Shown here: piece after piece, positions 1 through 9,486 of the stretch
Layout of the letters: every line of letters begins with the position of its first letter
How positions within the stretch are numbered: the first letter of the stretch is position 1
NCBI GenBank assembly: GCA_963745835.1
Contig: CAVUZH010000014.1
Span: forward strand, 256,001 to 320,000
Origin: an uncultured delta proteobacterium
GTDB taxonomy: Bacteria; Desulfobacterota; Binatia; UBA9968
Direction: 5' to 3'
DNA: 64,000 bases
Translations under genes and position numbers: made by a program
Notes under the pieces: model-generated
Told to the model about the DNA's origin: nothing
The model's database searches: none
Seen by the model: the letters and a program-made list of their open reading frames with translations, nothing else

Positions 1-2
1 TT

Positions 3-914
3 CTACATGGAATCGTTGGTGGCTGGGTCACTGAGCGGCCGAACAAAAACAGTCATACCGTCGGCATCGATTATTTCCACTGCGATTCCCGTTTGAATTG
101 GCAGATCGCGCGGGATGGCAACGGCGCGCCAGAGCTCACCGCGAACGCGAATCAAACCTTCCGGCGCGAGATGACTCTCGGCCACGCCCTTACAGCCTAT
201 AAGCGTCTTTGAGCCTGTCCGAATGGAAACCTGGTAGACGCTTCTGAGCCATGGATAGAGAATCCAATCTTTCAGCATCCAGGCAACGAAACAAATCACC
301 GCACCTGAAAACGATATCATTTGGTAATGTCGAAGGAGCAGCAACACCAGGGCCGCCATGCACCACCCCGGAACTTGAAATAGTAAGTATCTAAACCAGG
401 TAGGCATCGCCGGCGGACTACTCCTTGAATCCGGCGATTCGGGAGGGCGTTCTGGGCGAATACGACTTAGTTCGAACACCGGATAACGCGCGGCGATAGG
501 CTCAAACGTCGCCAGCGGCGAATCGAAGGGCAGCGGAAAAAAGCGCCAAGCCATCCACTTGAATCGACTCAAATAAGATTGCAATACGGCAGGCTTTTCG
601 TTGTCCGGGACTACTCGCAAGGAAAACTCCATTCGTAGTCTTCCTCGCGTTAACAATATATTTCGGCTCGCGCGGGCGTTACGCGCCCATTGCGTATTTC
701 CGCGGGTGGCGACTAAAAACAACTTACCGTTGCTCTGCAGAAGATTCACAGGTACCGAGCGCGTCTCGCCCGTTCTCCGGCCGGGTACGGACAATAAAAA
801 ACTGTAAGGCATGCTCAATCCACGCTTCGTCAGTGAGCCGTAGACCCGATTTATCGCGCGGGCGATCGATCCGGGACGAATGAAATGCGGCGGGGTTACT
901 CGTGTTTGGGCCAT
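3..914 (-). CDS. Deazaflavin(F420)-dependent nitroreductase-like (Ddn/DUF385) domain fused to an NfeD-like membrane + OB-fold domain
   Basis: N-half has LLSVPGRRTGETRSVPV, RGNTQWARNARA and RYPVFEL, typical of Ddn-family split barrels. C-half has two hydrophobic helices, then GCKGVAESHLAPEGLIRVRGELWRA...VEIIDADGMTVFVRP (NfeD-C pattern). Confidence 0.7.
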   Translation of the reverse strand: MAQTRVTPPHFIRPGSIARAINRVYGSLTKRGLSMPYSFLLSVPGRRTGETRSVPVNLLQSNGKLFLVATRGNTQWARNARASRNILLTRGRLRMEFSLRVVPDNEKPAVLQSYLSRFKWMAWRFFPLPFDSPLATFEPIAARYPVFELSRIRPERPPESPDSRSSPPAMPTWFRYLLFQVPGWCMAALVLLLLRHYQMISFSGAVICFVAWMLKDWILYPWLRSVYQVSIRTGSKTLIGCKGVAESHLAPEGLIRVRGELWRAVAIPRDLPIQTGIAVEIIDADGMTVFVRPLSDPATNDSM

Positions 915-954
915 CTCTGCCGGTTGCCGCAGGCAATCACCGAACTGCGTTCGT

Positions 955-1437
955 TTATAACGCGAGGCGAACTCTAATGGCGCCGACGATTTCGCCGGGC
1001 CTCATGCCGGCGTCAATCTGCAGCGCAGCCTCGGGTTCCTCGAGCGTCTGAAATTGACTTCGAACCAAAGCCGGATTCATGAAGTGCCCGGTGCGGTGCT
1101 TCAAGCGATTTTCGATCAATTCGGGATTTGCTTCTAGGTGTATCAAAATCACCTCCGGGCTGATTCGAAGCATTCGCCGGTACGACTCCTTCAGGGCGGA
1201 ACACGCTATGACCGCATTCTCGCCTCGATCGATTGCCGCACGAATAGTATCCCTGATTGCTAGAAGCCAAGGGAGACGATCCTGGTCATCGAGCGGCTCG
1301 CCCCGTCTTAGTTTTTCTATATTAACCAGCGGATGAAAATCGTCGCCCTCGTAAAACTTCCAATGCAGCTCGGCGGCCAATAGCTTTCCTATGGTAGTTT
1401 TGCCGGAGCCGGTTACACCCGTGATCACAATTATCAT
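955..1437 (-). CDS. gntK: Gluconokinase (GntK/IdnK family)
   Basis: GVTGSGKTT P-loop, EGDDFHP, GEPLDDQDRLPWL, ACSALK, GHFMNPALVRSQFQTLEEP. Start moved to ATG 1437 (MIIVITG). Confidence 0.9.
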   Translation of the reverse strand: MIIVITGVTGSGKTTIGKLLAAELHWKFYEGDDFHPLVNIEKLRRGEPLDDQDRLPWLLAIRDTIRAAIDRGENAVIACSALKESYRRMLRISPEVILIHLEANPELIENRLKHRTGHFMNPALVRSQFQTLEEPEAALQIDAGMRPGEIVGAIRVRLAL

Positions 1438-1607
1438 GTCGATCCGATCGTAGCATCTGGTGATGGACCGAGACAATTCGAAATGGCAGGGACGGATCAG
1501 TGACACCGATCCTTGTCAGGGACGTGCGGAATAGTAGATTTTTCTAGTCGCTGTTTTGTGGAAGCGATGGCGATTTGTTTGATAGACGCGGCAGAAGAAT
1601 ATCAATG

Positions 1608-1638
1608 TGCAGAGGCCGGGCTAAACCCGGCCTCTGCA
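1608..1638 (-). terminator. Probable intrinsic terminator hairpin downstream of the peptidoglycan-binding gene
   Basis: Perfect 13-bp stem TGCAGAGGCCGGG-ctaaa-CCCGGCCTCTGCA; the U-tract is weak. Confidence 0.6.
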
Positions 1639-1695
1639 TGCAAGCGAGCATTGCGCGAACGCAACGTTTAACCATCTATACCTACATCCCGGTGT

Positions 1696-2196
1696 TTACC
1701 GGCTAGGCGATTTATCCGTGGAACTCCCCGCCCCACTACCGGTTGATCCTGATGACCCCGATGAGCCCGTCGCTCCCGATGAACCGCGCGACCCGCTCGC
1801 ACCTGACCCGCTGGAAGACTTACTGCTCACGCCCAAAGCCTGGGCGGTCTTTTCATCAACAGTTCCAGTCATGGTCAAGCCTTCTTTCTTTTGAAAAGCG
1901 CGAATAGCCTCACGCGTTTTATCATCCATCACACCCGAGGTTCCCGCATCGTGACCTTTCGCCTTTAAGGCTTGCTGTACCTGCTTGATCTCTGAAGATG
2001 ACATTCCTTCTGTGCCTTTCGGGACCTCCCTTCCACTGGGAGGTAACTGCTGTTCGCGACCCGGTGTGGTCGGAGTGCGCTCAAGATTCGGCGGTACGCT
2101 TTTTTCCCCGGGCGCACTCTGCGAGAATACCGGTGTTGCAGCCAACCCGACCCCAAAAATTACCGCTGCTGTTAACGCTGATTTTTTCTTTCCCAT
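1696..2196 (-). CDS. Exported peptidoglycan-binding domain protein (PG_binding_1) with a Ser/Gly-rich tail
   Basis: Signal peptide; IKQVQQALKAKGHDAG..GVMDDKTREAIRAFQKKEGL..TGTVDEKTAQALG; AGGAGG RBS. Confidence 0.85.
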   Translation of the reverse strand: MGKKKSALTAAVIFGVGLAATPVFSQSAPGEKSVPPNLERTPTTPGREQQLPPSGREVPKGTEGMSSSEIKQVQQALKAKGHDAGTSGVMDDKTREAIRAFQKKEGLTMTGTVDEKTAQALGVSSKSSSGSGASGSRGSSGATGSSGSSGSTGSGAGSSTDKSPSR

Positions 2197-2256
2197 TATC
2201 TATTTCCTCCTTTTTACGTGAACAATTTCCAGAACGTTGCGCCCACCCTAGAAAAC

Positions 2257-2271
2257 GCAACCGCTATGCCA
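2257..2271 (-). promoter_or_regulatory. sigma54 (-24/-12) promoter
   Basis: Minus strand reads TGGCATAGCGGTTGC (GG-N10-GC), about 60 nt upstream of the start at 2196. Confidence 0.7.
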
Positions 2272-2623
2272 GTGACCCGCATGGGGCACAGCTGAAACGA
2301 TGCTAGATCGGAAACCTACTCCTTGCGGTGATCTCTCGATTTCTCGCGCGGTTAAAGGGTCTCCGCTGCACGCCGCCGGTGCTAGAGGTGGGACAGATGC
2401 TAGGAAGGATTTCACAATCGAGACAGCCGGGCGCTCGTTGCGATGCTAAATCGAGACATGACTCCAGTTAGGATGTCGCGTATTTCATGCACCGCTGGAT
2501 GAAGGCGGATTCATCCGGCGCTTTCTCTCACGTAATATAATTCGGGGTTACTCTACCGGGCACAATCTTCAAACGACTTGCTATGGCTGATAAAGTATCG
2601 GCTAAATATCTCCGTGCATAAAG

Positions 2624-3268
2624 ATGATAACGAGCATTATCTTTGATCTCGATGGACTCTTGGCCGATACTGAGCGCCTTCACTGTATGGCATATCAGGA
2701 GGCCCTACACGCTCACGGCGCCGCCGTCAGCGATCATGAATATGCCGAGCACTGGGTTCGCAGCGGCAGAGGAATCACCGAATGGATTAGCGAACGCGGG
2801 TTAACTTTGGATCCGATTGCGCTGCGCGCCCATAAGTCCCGCTGCTATTTGGATCTGCTGAGATCGGAGCTGCGCCCGATGGAAGGCGCGCTGGCGCTCT
2901 TAGAGCAATTGTATAGCCGAAAAAAACTGGCGCTCGCCTCATCTTCTTATCCGGATGCGGTAGAGGGTGTCTTGGCCGGTCTCGGTATCGCTCATTATTT
3001 CCAGGTAATCGTCACCGGCTTGGATGTGGCGCAGGTCAAACCAGCGCCGGATATATTCCTGGCCGCGGCCCAACGGCTTGGCGCGGCACCGTCGCAATGC
3101 CTGGTTTTGGAAGACGCCGAGAAAGGCGTAATCGCGGCAAGCCTCGCCGGCATCCGCTGCATCGCCATACCGAACCATCATACCCGCCATCATGATTTCT
3201 CGAAAGCGACTCGGGTCTGCAGTTCTCTAAAGGAAATCACTTTGGAATTGCTGGATGCACTGGAGTGA
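2624..3268 (+). CDS. HAD-family phosphatase (beta-PGM/CbbY-like)
   Basis: FDLDGLLADTE motif I, ASSS, KPAPDIF, LEDAEKG. Confidence 0.9.
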   Translation: MITSIIFDLDGLLADTERLHCMAYQEALHAHGAAVSDHEYAEHWVRSGRGITEWISERGLTLDPIALRAHKSRCYLDLLRSELRPMEGALALLEQLYSRKKLALASSSYPDAVEGVLAGLGIAHYFQVIVTGLDVAQVKPAPDIFLAAAQRLGAAPSQCLVLEDAEKGVIAASLAGIRCIAIPNHHTRHHDFSKATRVCSSLKEITLELLDALE

Positions 3269-3287
3269 TTCGCTGGCTGCATGCGCG

Positions 3288-3659
3288 GTCATTATCCGGA
3301 CGGAGATCTATGATCGATCGCCCTTGAACGCTGGAGCCATGAGATAGTGACACTGCTCGGCGATGCACCGCACCCAATGACCCCGGATCTCGATCAAGGA
3401 GCGTGTCAGGCTCTCGAAGATGCGCCGTCCTGACCCGCTGCTTGAGAAAGCCAGCGATCCTGTTTCGGCGCTGCGCAACTACGAAAGCCGTCGCATTCGG
3501 CGCGCCAATAGTTTCGTGCGGGCATCCCGAATCTTCGGAAGAATGTTTCAGTTGAAAGGGGATCTCGCCTGCCGAGCGCGGGATCGGGTCCTCGAATCCG
3601 CGCTCTATCACCGCCTTCAGCTAAACGCCTTGCGACGCTTGGCTGAATTTGCTCCGTAG
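3288..3659 (+). pseudogene. Frameshifted C-terminal remnant of an FAD-dependent monooxygenase
   Basis: Pieces in shifting frames read VIIRTEIYDRSPL / RWSHEIVTLLGDAPHPMTPDLDQGACQALEDA / AVLTRCL / EKASDPVSALRNYESRRIRRA. This is a decayed GDAAH..GQGA..A.EDA motif with no N-terminal FAD domain. Confidence 0.75.
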
Positions 3660-3704
3660 CGTTCACTGCGATGCTGAGTAGATAAAGAACAAACAACTGA
3701 ACGA

Positions 3705-4685
3705 TCACTGCTTGGGTAATTCTCTCAGTGCCTCGGATAAGTAGCTTTGATCGACGAACTTGGCGGGATCGGGCAACGGCCCTTTCATGCCAGTTTGGTC
3801 GGCATAGATACGGATGTTGTATTTCATTCCTTCGAGCGTGACCGCGCCATCGGCCGGCCAGAGATGATTCTGCGTATAGAACTCCCATCCTTTGCGCGCG
3901 TGAGTCGGTTTGAGCTGAATTTCTCGCGACAAAAACTCGATGGCCGGTTCCTTATTGTCATGCAGCCAGCGCAGCGCCTGAACAACCCCCTTCATGAAGC
4001 GCACCATAACCGGCCGATTCTTTTCCGCCCACGAGCGTCTGGTTGCGATAACGTTAGTTTGGAAATTGGGAACACCATCGATGATCCGACCGATGATATT
4101 GAAACCTGCCTCCTCCGCTGCATAATTCAGCGGCACGGCGACGGTTGTGGCGGCGATCTGCCCGGACTGCAGTGCGGCCAGGTTGGCGGAAGAGCCTCCG
4201 GCAACGATTAGCAACTTATAATCACGCGGATACTCAAGCCCCTTGACCTTCAATGCTTCGCGCAACGCGGTGATGGTGCCGCCGGTTAAAGACGCCGTGC
4301 CGAAGGTCGCGCCGCGTAAATCTTCGTAGCTTTTGTAGTTCTTGCCGGCAATGATGAATTGAGCGGTCCCGTTGATGACACCCCCGGTAATGACAAAATC
4401 GAGACCGCGCTCGGCTGCTTCAATATAAGGCTCCGGTCCTCCCGAGCCAAAATGCAACGAACCTGCCGCCAGGGCCTGGACTGTCATCGGCATTCCGCGC
4501 AAGAGAACCAGTTGAACATCGAGGCCCTGCTGCTCAAAGAAACCTTTCTTGGTGGCGACCCAGAGAGGACTATAGCCCAGCGTCTTGCTCGATGCGCCAA
4601 GATAGATTTTGGCTTTCTCTTGAGCCACCGCTGTCGAGGCCGTCAGCATGATCGCCAGCAGCGCGATACCAAGGTGGATTACCAT
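3705..4685 (-). CDS. ABC-type substrate-binding protein, NMT1/THI5/TauA-like
   Basis: Signal peptide; PLWVATKKGFFEQQGLDVQLV; DLRG; C-terminal FVDQSYL. Confidence 0.85.
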   Translation of the reverse strand: MVIHLGIALLAIMLTASTAVAQEKAKIYLGASSKTLGYSPLWVATKKGFFEQQGLDVQLVLLRGMPMTVQALAAGSLHFGSGGPEPYIEAAERGLDFVITGGVINGTAQFIIAGKNYKSYEDLRGATFGTASLTGGTITALREALKVKGLEYPRDYKLLIVAGGSSANLAALQSGQIAATTVAVPLNYAAEEAGFNIIGRIIDGVPNFQTNVIATRRSWAEKNRPVMVRFMKGVVQALRWLHDNKEPAIEFLSREIQLKPTHARKGWEFYTQNHLWPADGAVTLEGMKYNIRIYADQTGMKGPLPDPAKFVDQSYLSEALRELPKQ

Positions 4686-4947
4686 GCAACCTCAATTCAG
4701 GAGTTATCTCCCTGAGCATCCGAGCCATTGGCTCAAACTTGATCCAAACCATTCCCCGTTTACAACGAACGGTAGGGTCAGAGCAAGTTGCGGGGCGATG
4801 GTGTTAACAGTAGAGCTCGATTCTTGACTCGCATGCTCGGCGTCGAATAGGTTAGCTTATTCACAAATGTTAGGGCATTTAAGCAAGCGCGCATATCGAT
4901 GACGGATTTTTATAACGGCTAGCGCGTTTTGTCAGTGCTCCGGAGGA

Positions 4948-5811
4948 ATGATTATGACAAATAAAACTGTTGCGCTGCTTCATCCCGGCAATATGGGAAC
5001 GACGATCGGCGTGGCTGCAGCGACCAGCGGAGCTCGCATGATCTGGGTCTCAGAAAGGCGCAGCAAGGCCAGCCAGGATCGCGCGCGGGAGTCGCGGTTG
5101 CGGGACGTCAAAACCTTAACCAATGCAGTCAATGAAAGCGATATCATTCTTTCCGTCTGCCCGCCGGATGCCGCTCTCGACCTCGCCCGCGAGGTCGCGC
5201 AACACCGGTTCAAAGGGATCTATGTTGACGCTAACGCGGTTTCTCGAGCTACCGCTCAGCAGATCTGTGAAATCGTCACTAGAGCCGGCGCCAATTTCGT
5301 TGATGGAGGGATCATCGGTTCACCGGTCAAACGGCCGGGAACAACGCGGATGTATCTGTCCGGTGAGCATGCACCCGAAATCGCCGCGCTCTTTGCTGAT
5401 AGCATGCTGGACGCAAAGACCATCGGCGCTGAGCCGGGCGAGGCTTCCGCTTTGAAAGTCGCTTATGCCGCCTGGACAAAATGCACGGATGCGCTGCTTC
5501 TGGCGATCCGAACTTTTGCGGCGTCCGAGGGGGTGGACCGGGCGCTGCTCCAGGAATGGGCCATCTCGCAACCCGACCTCGAGCGGCGTAGCGAGCGAGC
5601 CGCCGCAGTAGCAACCCCGAAGGCATGGCGCTACGTCGGTGAGATGAAAGAAATCGCCGCAACCTTCGAAGCCGCCGGCCTGCCTACGGGCTTTCACAAC
5701 GCCGCCGCTGAGCTCTGGGAGCGACTCGCGCCGTTCAAAGATCAGACCGAGCCGCTTCCGGCAATCGCGGACGTGATCGACAGCTTGCGAGCCAACGGCA
5801 AACAAAAATAA
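4948..5811 (+). CDS. NAD(P)-dependent oxidoreductase, 6PGDH/HIBADH-like with DUF1932 C-terminus
   Basis: LLHPGNMG, ILSVCPP, YVDANAVS, FVDGGIIG, ASALKVAYAAWTK, KAWRYVGEMKEIA. Confidence 0.85.
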   Translation: MIMTNKTVALLHPGNMGTTIGVAAATSGARMIWVSERRSKASQDRARESRLRDVKTLTNAVNESDIILSVCPPDAALDLAREVAQHRFKGIYVDANAVSRATAQQICEIVTRAGANFVDGGIIGSPVKRPGTTRMYLSGEHAPEIAALFADSMLDAKTIGAEPGEASALKVAYAAWTKCTDALLLAIRTFAASEGVDRALLQEWAISQPDLERRSERAAAVATPKAWRYVGEMKEIAATFEAAGLPTGFHNAAAELWERLAPFKDQTEPLPAIADVIDSLRANGKQK

Positions 5812-5961
5812 ACAATCCTTGGCTAGCCCAGTCAGCGTTGGCACTTGGCAACCGTTGAAAGGTTGTTGACGAGCTTTAGCTCACACGGTAGTGTGCGGCA
5901 GTTTTTTGACGTACCTTCTCATTTCGAAGACGCTGGCGCGACATCAACATGGAGGTCGACA

Positions 5962-6981
5962 ATGAATCGTAGACGCAATTATCCCATTTCAGCGTTTGTA
6001 AGCCTTTCGCTGGGCGCGCTTCTCCTGTTGGGAACGGCTCACGCGCAAGAGAGCCTAGATCAATTACACAAAAAGGCGCTCCAGGAAGGCGGCTCGCTTA
6101 CCTTCTATGGGACGTTGGCGCAAATCAATGCCGAGAAGGTTCTTCCAGCATTTGAAAAGCGCTTCCCGGGTTTGAAGGTTAACCACGTTGACGCCACTGC
6201 CGACAAGCTGATCGCCCGGGCGATTACTGAAGCACGCGGCGGGAAAACTTTTGTCGATGTCTTCCAGCTGAATTTGGAGAACTTAGGGCAAGCCAACGAT
6301 CAGGGCTTGCTCGCAGATCGATTACCGCCTGAAGCGGCGGCTTATCCCGCCAACTTAAAAGGATCCTACTACGTAGCTACAGATCTCCAATTCATCATCG
6401 CAGCATGGAATATCAATCTGGTAAAAAAGGACGAAGAACCGAAACAATTTGAAGACTTCGTCGATGCGCGATGGAAAGGCCGCCTGATTGCCGAACCGCG
6501 GGATGTCGAGCTTCTCGTTGGTCTCAAGCAGAAATACGGCAGCGAAGAAAAGGCGATCGCTATTCTCAAACAGATCGCGGTGAACAACGTCGAGTTTCAT
6601 AAGGGCCATTCGGAGCTCGCCGAATTTCTTGTCGCCGGCCAAGGCGCACTGTGTGTCACCTGCTATGCTCATCATTTCCCAACCAGGATGAAGCGGGGAG
6701 CGCCTGTGAATTTCATGCTTACCGAAGGCATGGGAAATGTCATTGCAGTGGCGATGGCGAAGAATGCGCCGCATCCAAGTACGGCGTTGCTATGGTACCG
6801 CTGGGTCCTCACTGAGGAAGGACAAAAAGCCATGGCCCTGGGCGGCCGCATACCCGCACATCCGAAAGTCGAACCTACCGACAAGGTGCGACCTGAAAAG
6901 ATTTATCCCTTGACGGTTGCCGACTACAAGGAGTTCCCGAGGTACAACAAACTTTGGAAGGAAATCTTCAAGCTTCGCTAG
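5962..6981 (+). CDS. ABC-type extracellular solute-binding protein (Fe3+/polyamine/thiamine class)
   Basis: Start moved to ATG 5962 after GGAGG. Signal peptide; FEKRFPGLKV, WKGRL, KNAPHPSTALLWYRWVLTEEGQ. Confidence 0.8.
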   Translation: MNRRRNYPISAFVSLSLGALLLLGTAHAQESLDQLHKKALQEGGSLTFYGTLAQINAEKVLPAFEKRFPGLKVNHVDATADKLIARAITEARGGKTFVDVFQLNLENLGQANDQGLLADRLPPEAAAYPANLKGSYYVATDLQFIIAAWNINLVKKDEEPKQFEDFVDARWKGRLIAEPRDVELLVGLKQKYGSEEKAIAILKQIAVNNVEFHKGHSELAEFLVAGQGALCVTCYAHHFPTRMKRGAPVNFMLTEGMGNVIAVAMAKNAPHPSTALLWYRWVLTEEGQKAMALGGRIPAHPKVEPTDKVRPEKIYPLTVADYKEFPRYNKLWKEIFKLR

Positions 6982-7136
6982 ATTGATAACGCGGCCGGTA
7001 TGAGAGCTGCGGTCCGTGGGCATAGACCAGGGCTGAGAGCGAACAAGGCAGCATGATCTTTCGGATAACGTTGCCGATCGTTTCGCTGCTTTCTGCTCAG
7101 TCCGACTTAATCGAACCGTTCAAGGAGTAGCTGCGT

Positions 7137-8120
7137 ATGGGCTTAATGGTGCATGGCGAATGGCAGGACGACGATGCGATCCCGAGCGACGCGCGTGGCA
7201 ATTTCATCCGAGCCGCTTCTCGGTTCCGTCGCTGGATCACGGCCGATGGCGCAGCCGGACCCTCCGGCGACGGCGGTTTTAAAGCCGAACCTGGCCGCTA
7301 TCATCTATTCGTTTCTTACAACTGCCCCTGGGCGCATCGCGCAATCATCATGCGCAAGCTCAAGAAACTCGAAGATGTCGTTTCGATGTCTCTCGCCGAC
7401 CGACCCAAGACCGAAGGCTGGTCCTATTCCCGCGGAATAGACGATCTCCAACCATCTGCCGACGGTACTTTTCGCCTGCATCAAGTCTATAAAGCGGCTG
7501 ATGGCGATTACAGCGGCAAAGTGACCGTGCCAACCCTGTGGGACCGGGAGCGTCGCACTATCGTCAACAACGAATCATCGGAAATCATCCGCATGCTAAA
7601 TTCTGCGTTCGCCATGTGGACCGACGTGAAGTACGATTTTTATCCCGAAGGACTGCGTCACGAGATCGATTCGATCAACGATTTTGTTTACGAACACTTG
7701 AACAATGGCGTTTATCGCGCTGGCTTCGCCCGAAGCCAGCAGGCCTACGAAGAAGCGGCGCGAAAAGTATTTCACGGACTCGATACCCTGGACGAGAGAC
7801 TAGGCAGGACTCGTTATCTTGCCGGCGAACGAATCACCGAGACGGACTGGCGTGCCTTTCCCACCCTGCTGCGCTTCGATCTGGTTTACTACAGTCATTT
7901 CAAATGCAATTTGCGCCGGATTCAGGACTATCGTCATCTGGTAGAATATTTGCGCGAGCTTTATCAGTGGCCGGGAATCAGAGAGACCTTCGATCTCCAG
8001 AAGATCAAGGCCGGATACTACAGCCAGCGAAACATCAATCCCACCGGTATCGTGCCGATCGGACCCGATCTAGCTCACCTCGAACAGCCGCACAAGCGTG
8101 GATCTAACGTCTCGATTTAG
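7137..8120 (+). CDS. yqjG: Glutathionyl-hydroquinone reductase (Xi/omega-like GST, YqjG family)
   Basis: GRYHLFVSYNCPWAHR, VTVPTLWD, IVNNESSEIIRM, NNGVYRAGFA, RFDLVYYSHFKCN, NPTGIVP. Confidence 0.9.
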   Translation: MGLMVHGEWQDDDAIPSDARGNFIRAASRFRRWITADGAAGPSGDGGFKAEPGRYHLFVSYNCPWAHRAIIMRKLKKLEDVVSMSLADRPKTEGWSYSRGIDDLQPSADGTFRLHQVYKAADGDYSGKVTVPTLWDRERRTIVNNESSEIIRMLNSAFAMWTDVKYDFYPEGLRHEIDSINDFVYEHLNNGVYRAGFARSQQAYEEAARKVFHGLDTLDERLGRTRYLAGERITETDWRAFPTLLRFDLVYYSHFKCNLRRIQDYRHLVEYLRELYQWPGIRETFDLQKIKAGYYSQRNINPTGIVPIGPDLAHLEQPHKRGSNVSI

Positions 8121-8231
8121 CCACCATCAAACCTCGCTCCCTCGCTTTCTCCTCTGATCTCGAGGACGGATATTCCGATAGCGCTTACCCTTAGGCTAAT
8201 CCGCGGGCTAATCCACCACGAATGGCGATGG

Positions 8232-8260
8232 TGTAAACCTTCCGCCGCAGAGCGCGTCTA
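8232..8260 (+). promoter_or_regulatory. Candidate ECF sigma-factor promoter
   Basis: TGTAAAC-N16-CGTCTA (AAC/CGT ECF pattern) 35 nt before the Spy-like gene. Confidence 0.5.
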
Positions 8261-8294
8261 ACCATTCAAATTCTTTCAACCCGAGGAGGGCTCT

Positions 8295-8822
8295 ATGAAA
8301 AAGGTTCGTTCGTTTATCGTTGGCACTGCCATTTTAACCGTGGCCACCGGCGCAGTCATGTCATCGCCATGGGCCACGTTCGCTCAGAATGAATCAGCAG
8401 GCAAAGGCGGTTTTGCGCACCGTCAGCGGATGCATCGCATGTCCGGCGCTGACGCGCCGCTGATCAGCATCGCGCTGAAGCATCGCACAGAATTGAATCT
8501 CTCGAACGAGCAAGTTGCAAGTCTGGAGAAGATCAGAGCTCACTACCAAGACCAGGGCGCTCCCCTTCAACAGCAGTTGCGAGCCTTCGAGGGCGAGATC
8601 TCGGAATTGCGCCAGCAAAGCCCGGCTAACTTGATCCAGATCAAGTTAAAGATCGAACAATCTGAGAAGCTTCGCTCGGAGCTGCGTTACCTGCGCGAAG
8701 AAGCGTTGGAAAACGGCAAATCGATCTTAACGGCAGCGCAGAAAGATCAGTTGAAGAACCTGGTCGGTTCGGATCATCGTGGGTTGCGAAAAAGACAGGG
8801 CCAAACTCCTAAACAAAGTTAA
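8295..8822 (+). CDS. Periplasmic Spy/CpxP-like helical protein
   Basis: Signal peptide, His/Met-rich segment, ELNLSNEQ...ILTAAQKDQL (LTxxQ motifs); GGAGG RBS. Confidence 0.75.
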   Translation: MKKVRSFIVGTAILTVATGAVMSSPWATFAQNESAGKGGFAHRQRMHRMSGADAPLISIALKHRTELNLSNEQVASLEKIRAHYQDQGAPLQQQLRAFEGEISELRQQSPANLIQIKLKIEQSEKLRSELRYLREEALENGKSILTAAQKDQLKNLVGSDHRGLRKRQGQTPKQS

Positions 8823-8838
8823 AGGTGGATCTTACAAG

Positions 8839-8873
8839 CAACCAGGCCCGAGGAAATCCCTCGGGCCTGGTTG
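8839..8873. terminator. Bidirectional terminator between convergent genes
   Basis: Perfect 15-bp stem CAACCAGGCCCGAGG-aaatc-CCTCGGGCCTGGTTG. Confidence 0.8.
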
Positions 8874-8894
8874 TTAACTCGCAATGATTCGATC

Positions 8895-9461
8895 CTAGGG
8901 AATTTGCGCCGACGTTCCAACTTTCCATAGGTACAGTGTGCGGGCATGAGTCAACTCGCCTGACGGATCCGACTTAGGATCGACATTTTCTACCTTGTTA
9001 GGGACCCATTCGTCGATATCGAAATCATGCGCGACCACCCGCGAGCCCGGCTGTAGCTGCTGCAACTTCGGCCGCATCTGATTGTTGAACCACTTGAACA
9101 TATAGAGTGTTACCACCGTCGCGTCGGAAATATCGACCGTGAGTCCATCCGCCGCACGGAACCGGACCAAGTGGCTAACATTTTCTTCGGCGGCTTTGCG
9201 GGTAGCATCCGCCACCAGCTTCGGGTTCATATCGATTCCGACTCCGCGAGCGCCATACTTCTTCGCCGCCTGAATCAGAATCCGGCCATCGCCGCTGCCC
9301 AAATCATAGATGAGGTCGTCTTTCTTCACTTCTGCGAGCTCGAGCATCCGGTCGACCACTATCATCGGCGACGGGACAAAAGGGATATCCTGCGCCCAGG
9401 CGGGGATGCACAAACCCAGAACCATAGCAGTTACAAAAACCCTCTTCACCAAGTGTTTCAT
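8895..9461 (-). CDS. Class I SAM-dependent methyltransferase with signal peptide (paralog 1)
   Basis: DIPFVPSP, YDLGSGDGR, GVGIDMNP, GSRVVAHDF. Start moved to ATG 9461; AWA|Q cleavage site. Confidence 0.85.
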   Translation of the reverse strand: MKHLVKRVFVTAMVLGLCIPAWAQDIPFVPSPMIVVDRMLELAEVKKDDLIYDLGSGDGRILIQAAKKYGARGVGIDMNPKLVADATRKAAEENVSHLVRFRAADGLTVDISDATVVTLYMFKWFNNQMRPKLQQLQPGSRVVAHDFDIDEWVPNKVENVDPKSDPSGELTHARTLYLWKVGTSAQIP

Positions 9462-9486
9462 CGTAAGTATCTCTTTCCTTGAAGAT

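Noticed and set aside
2493-2528. Hairpin CGCTGGATGAA/TTCATCCGGCG followed by pyrimidines; riboswitch considered
   Set aside because: No aptamer consensus recognised upstream; a Rfam cmscan would be needed.
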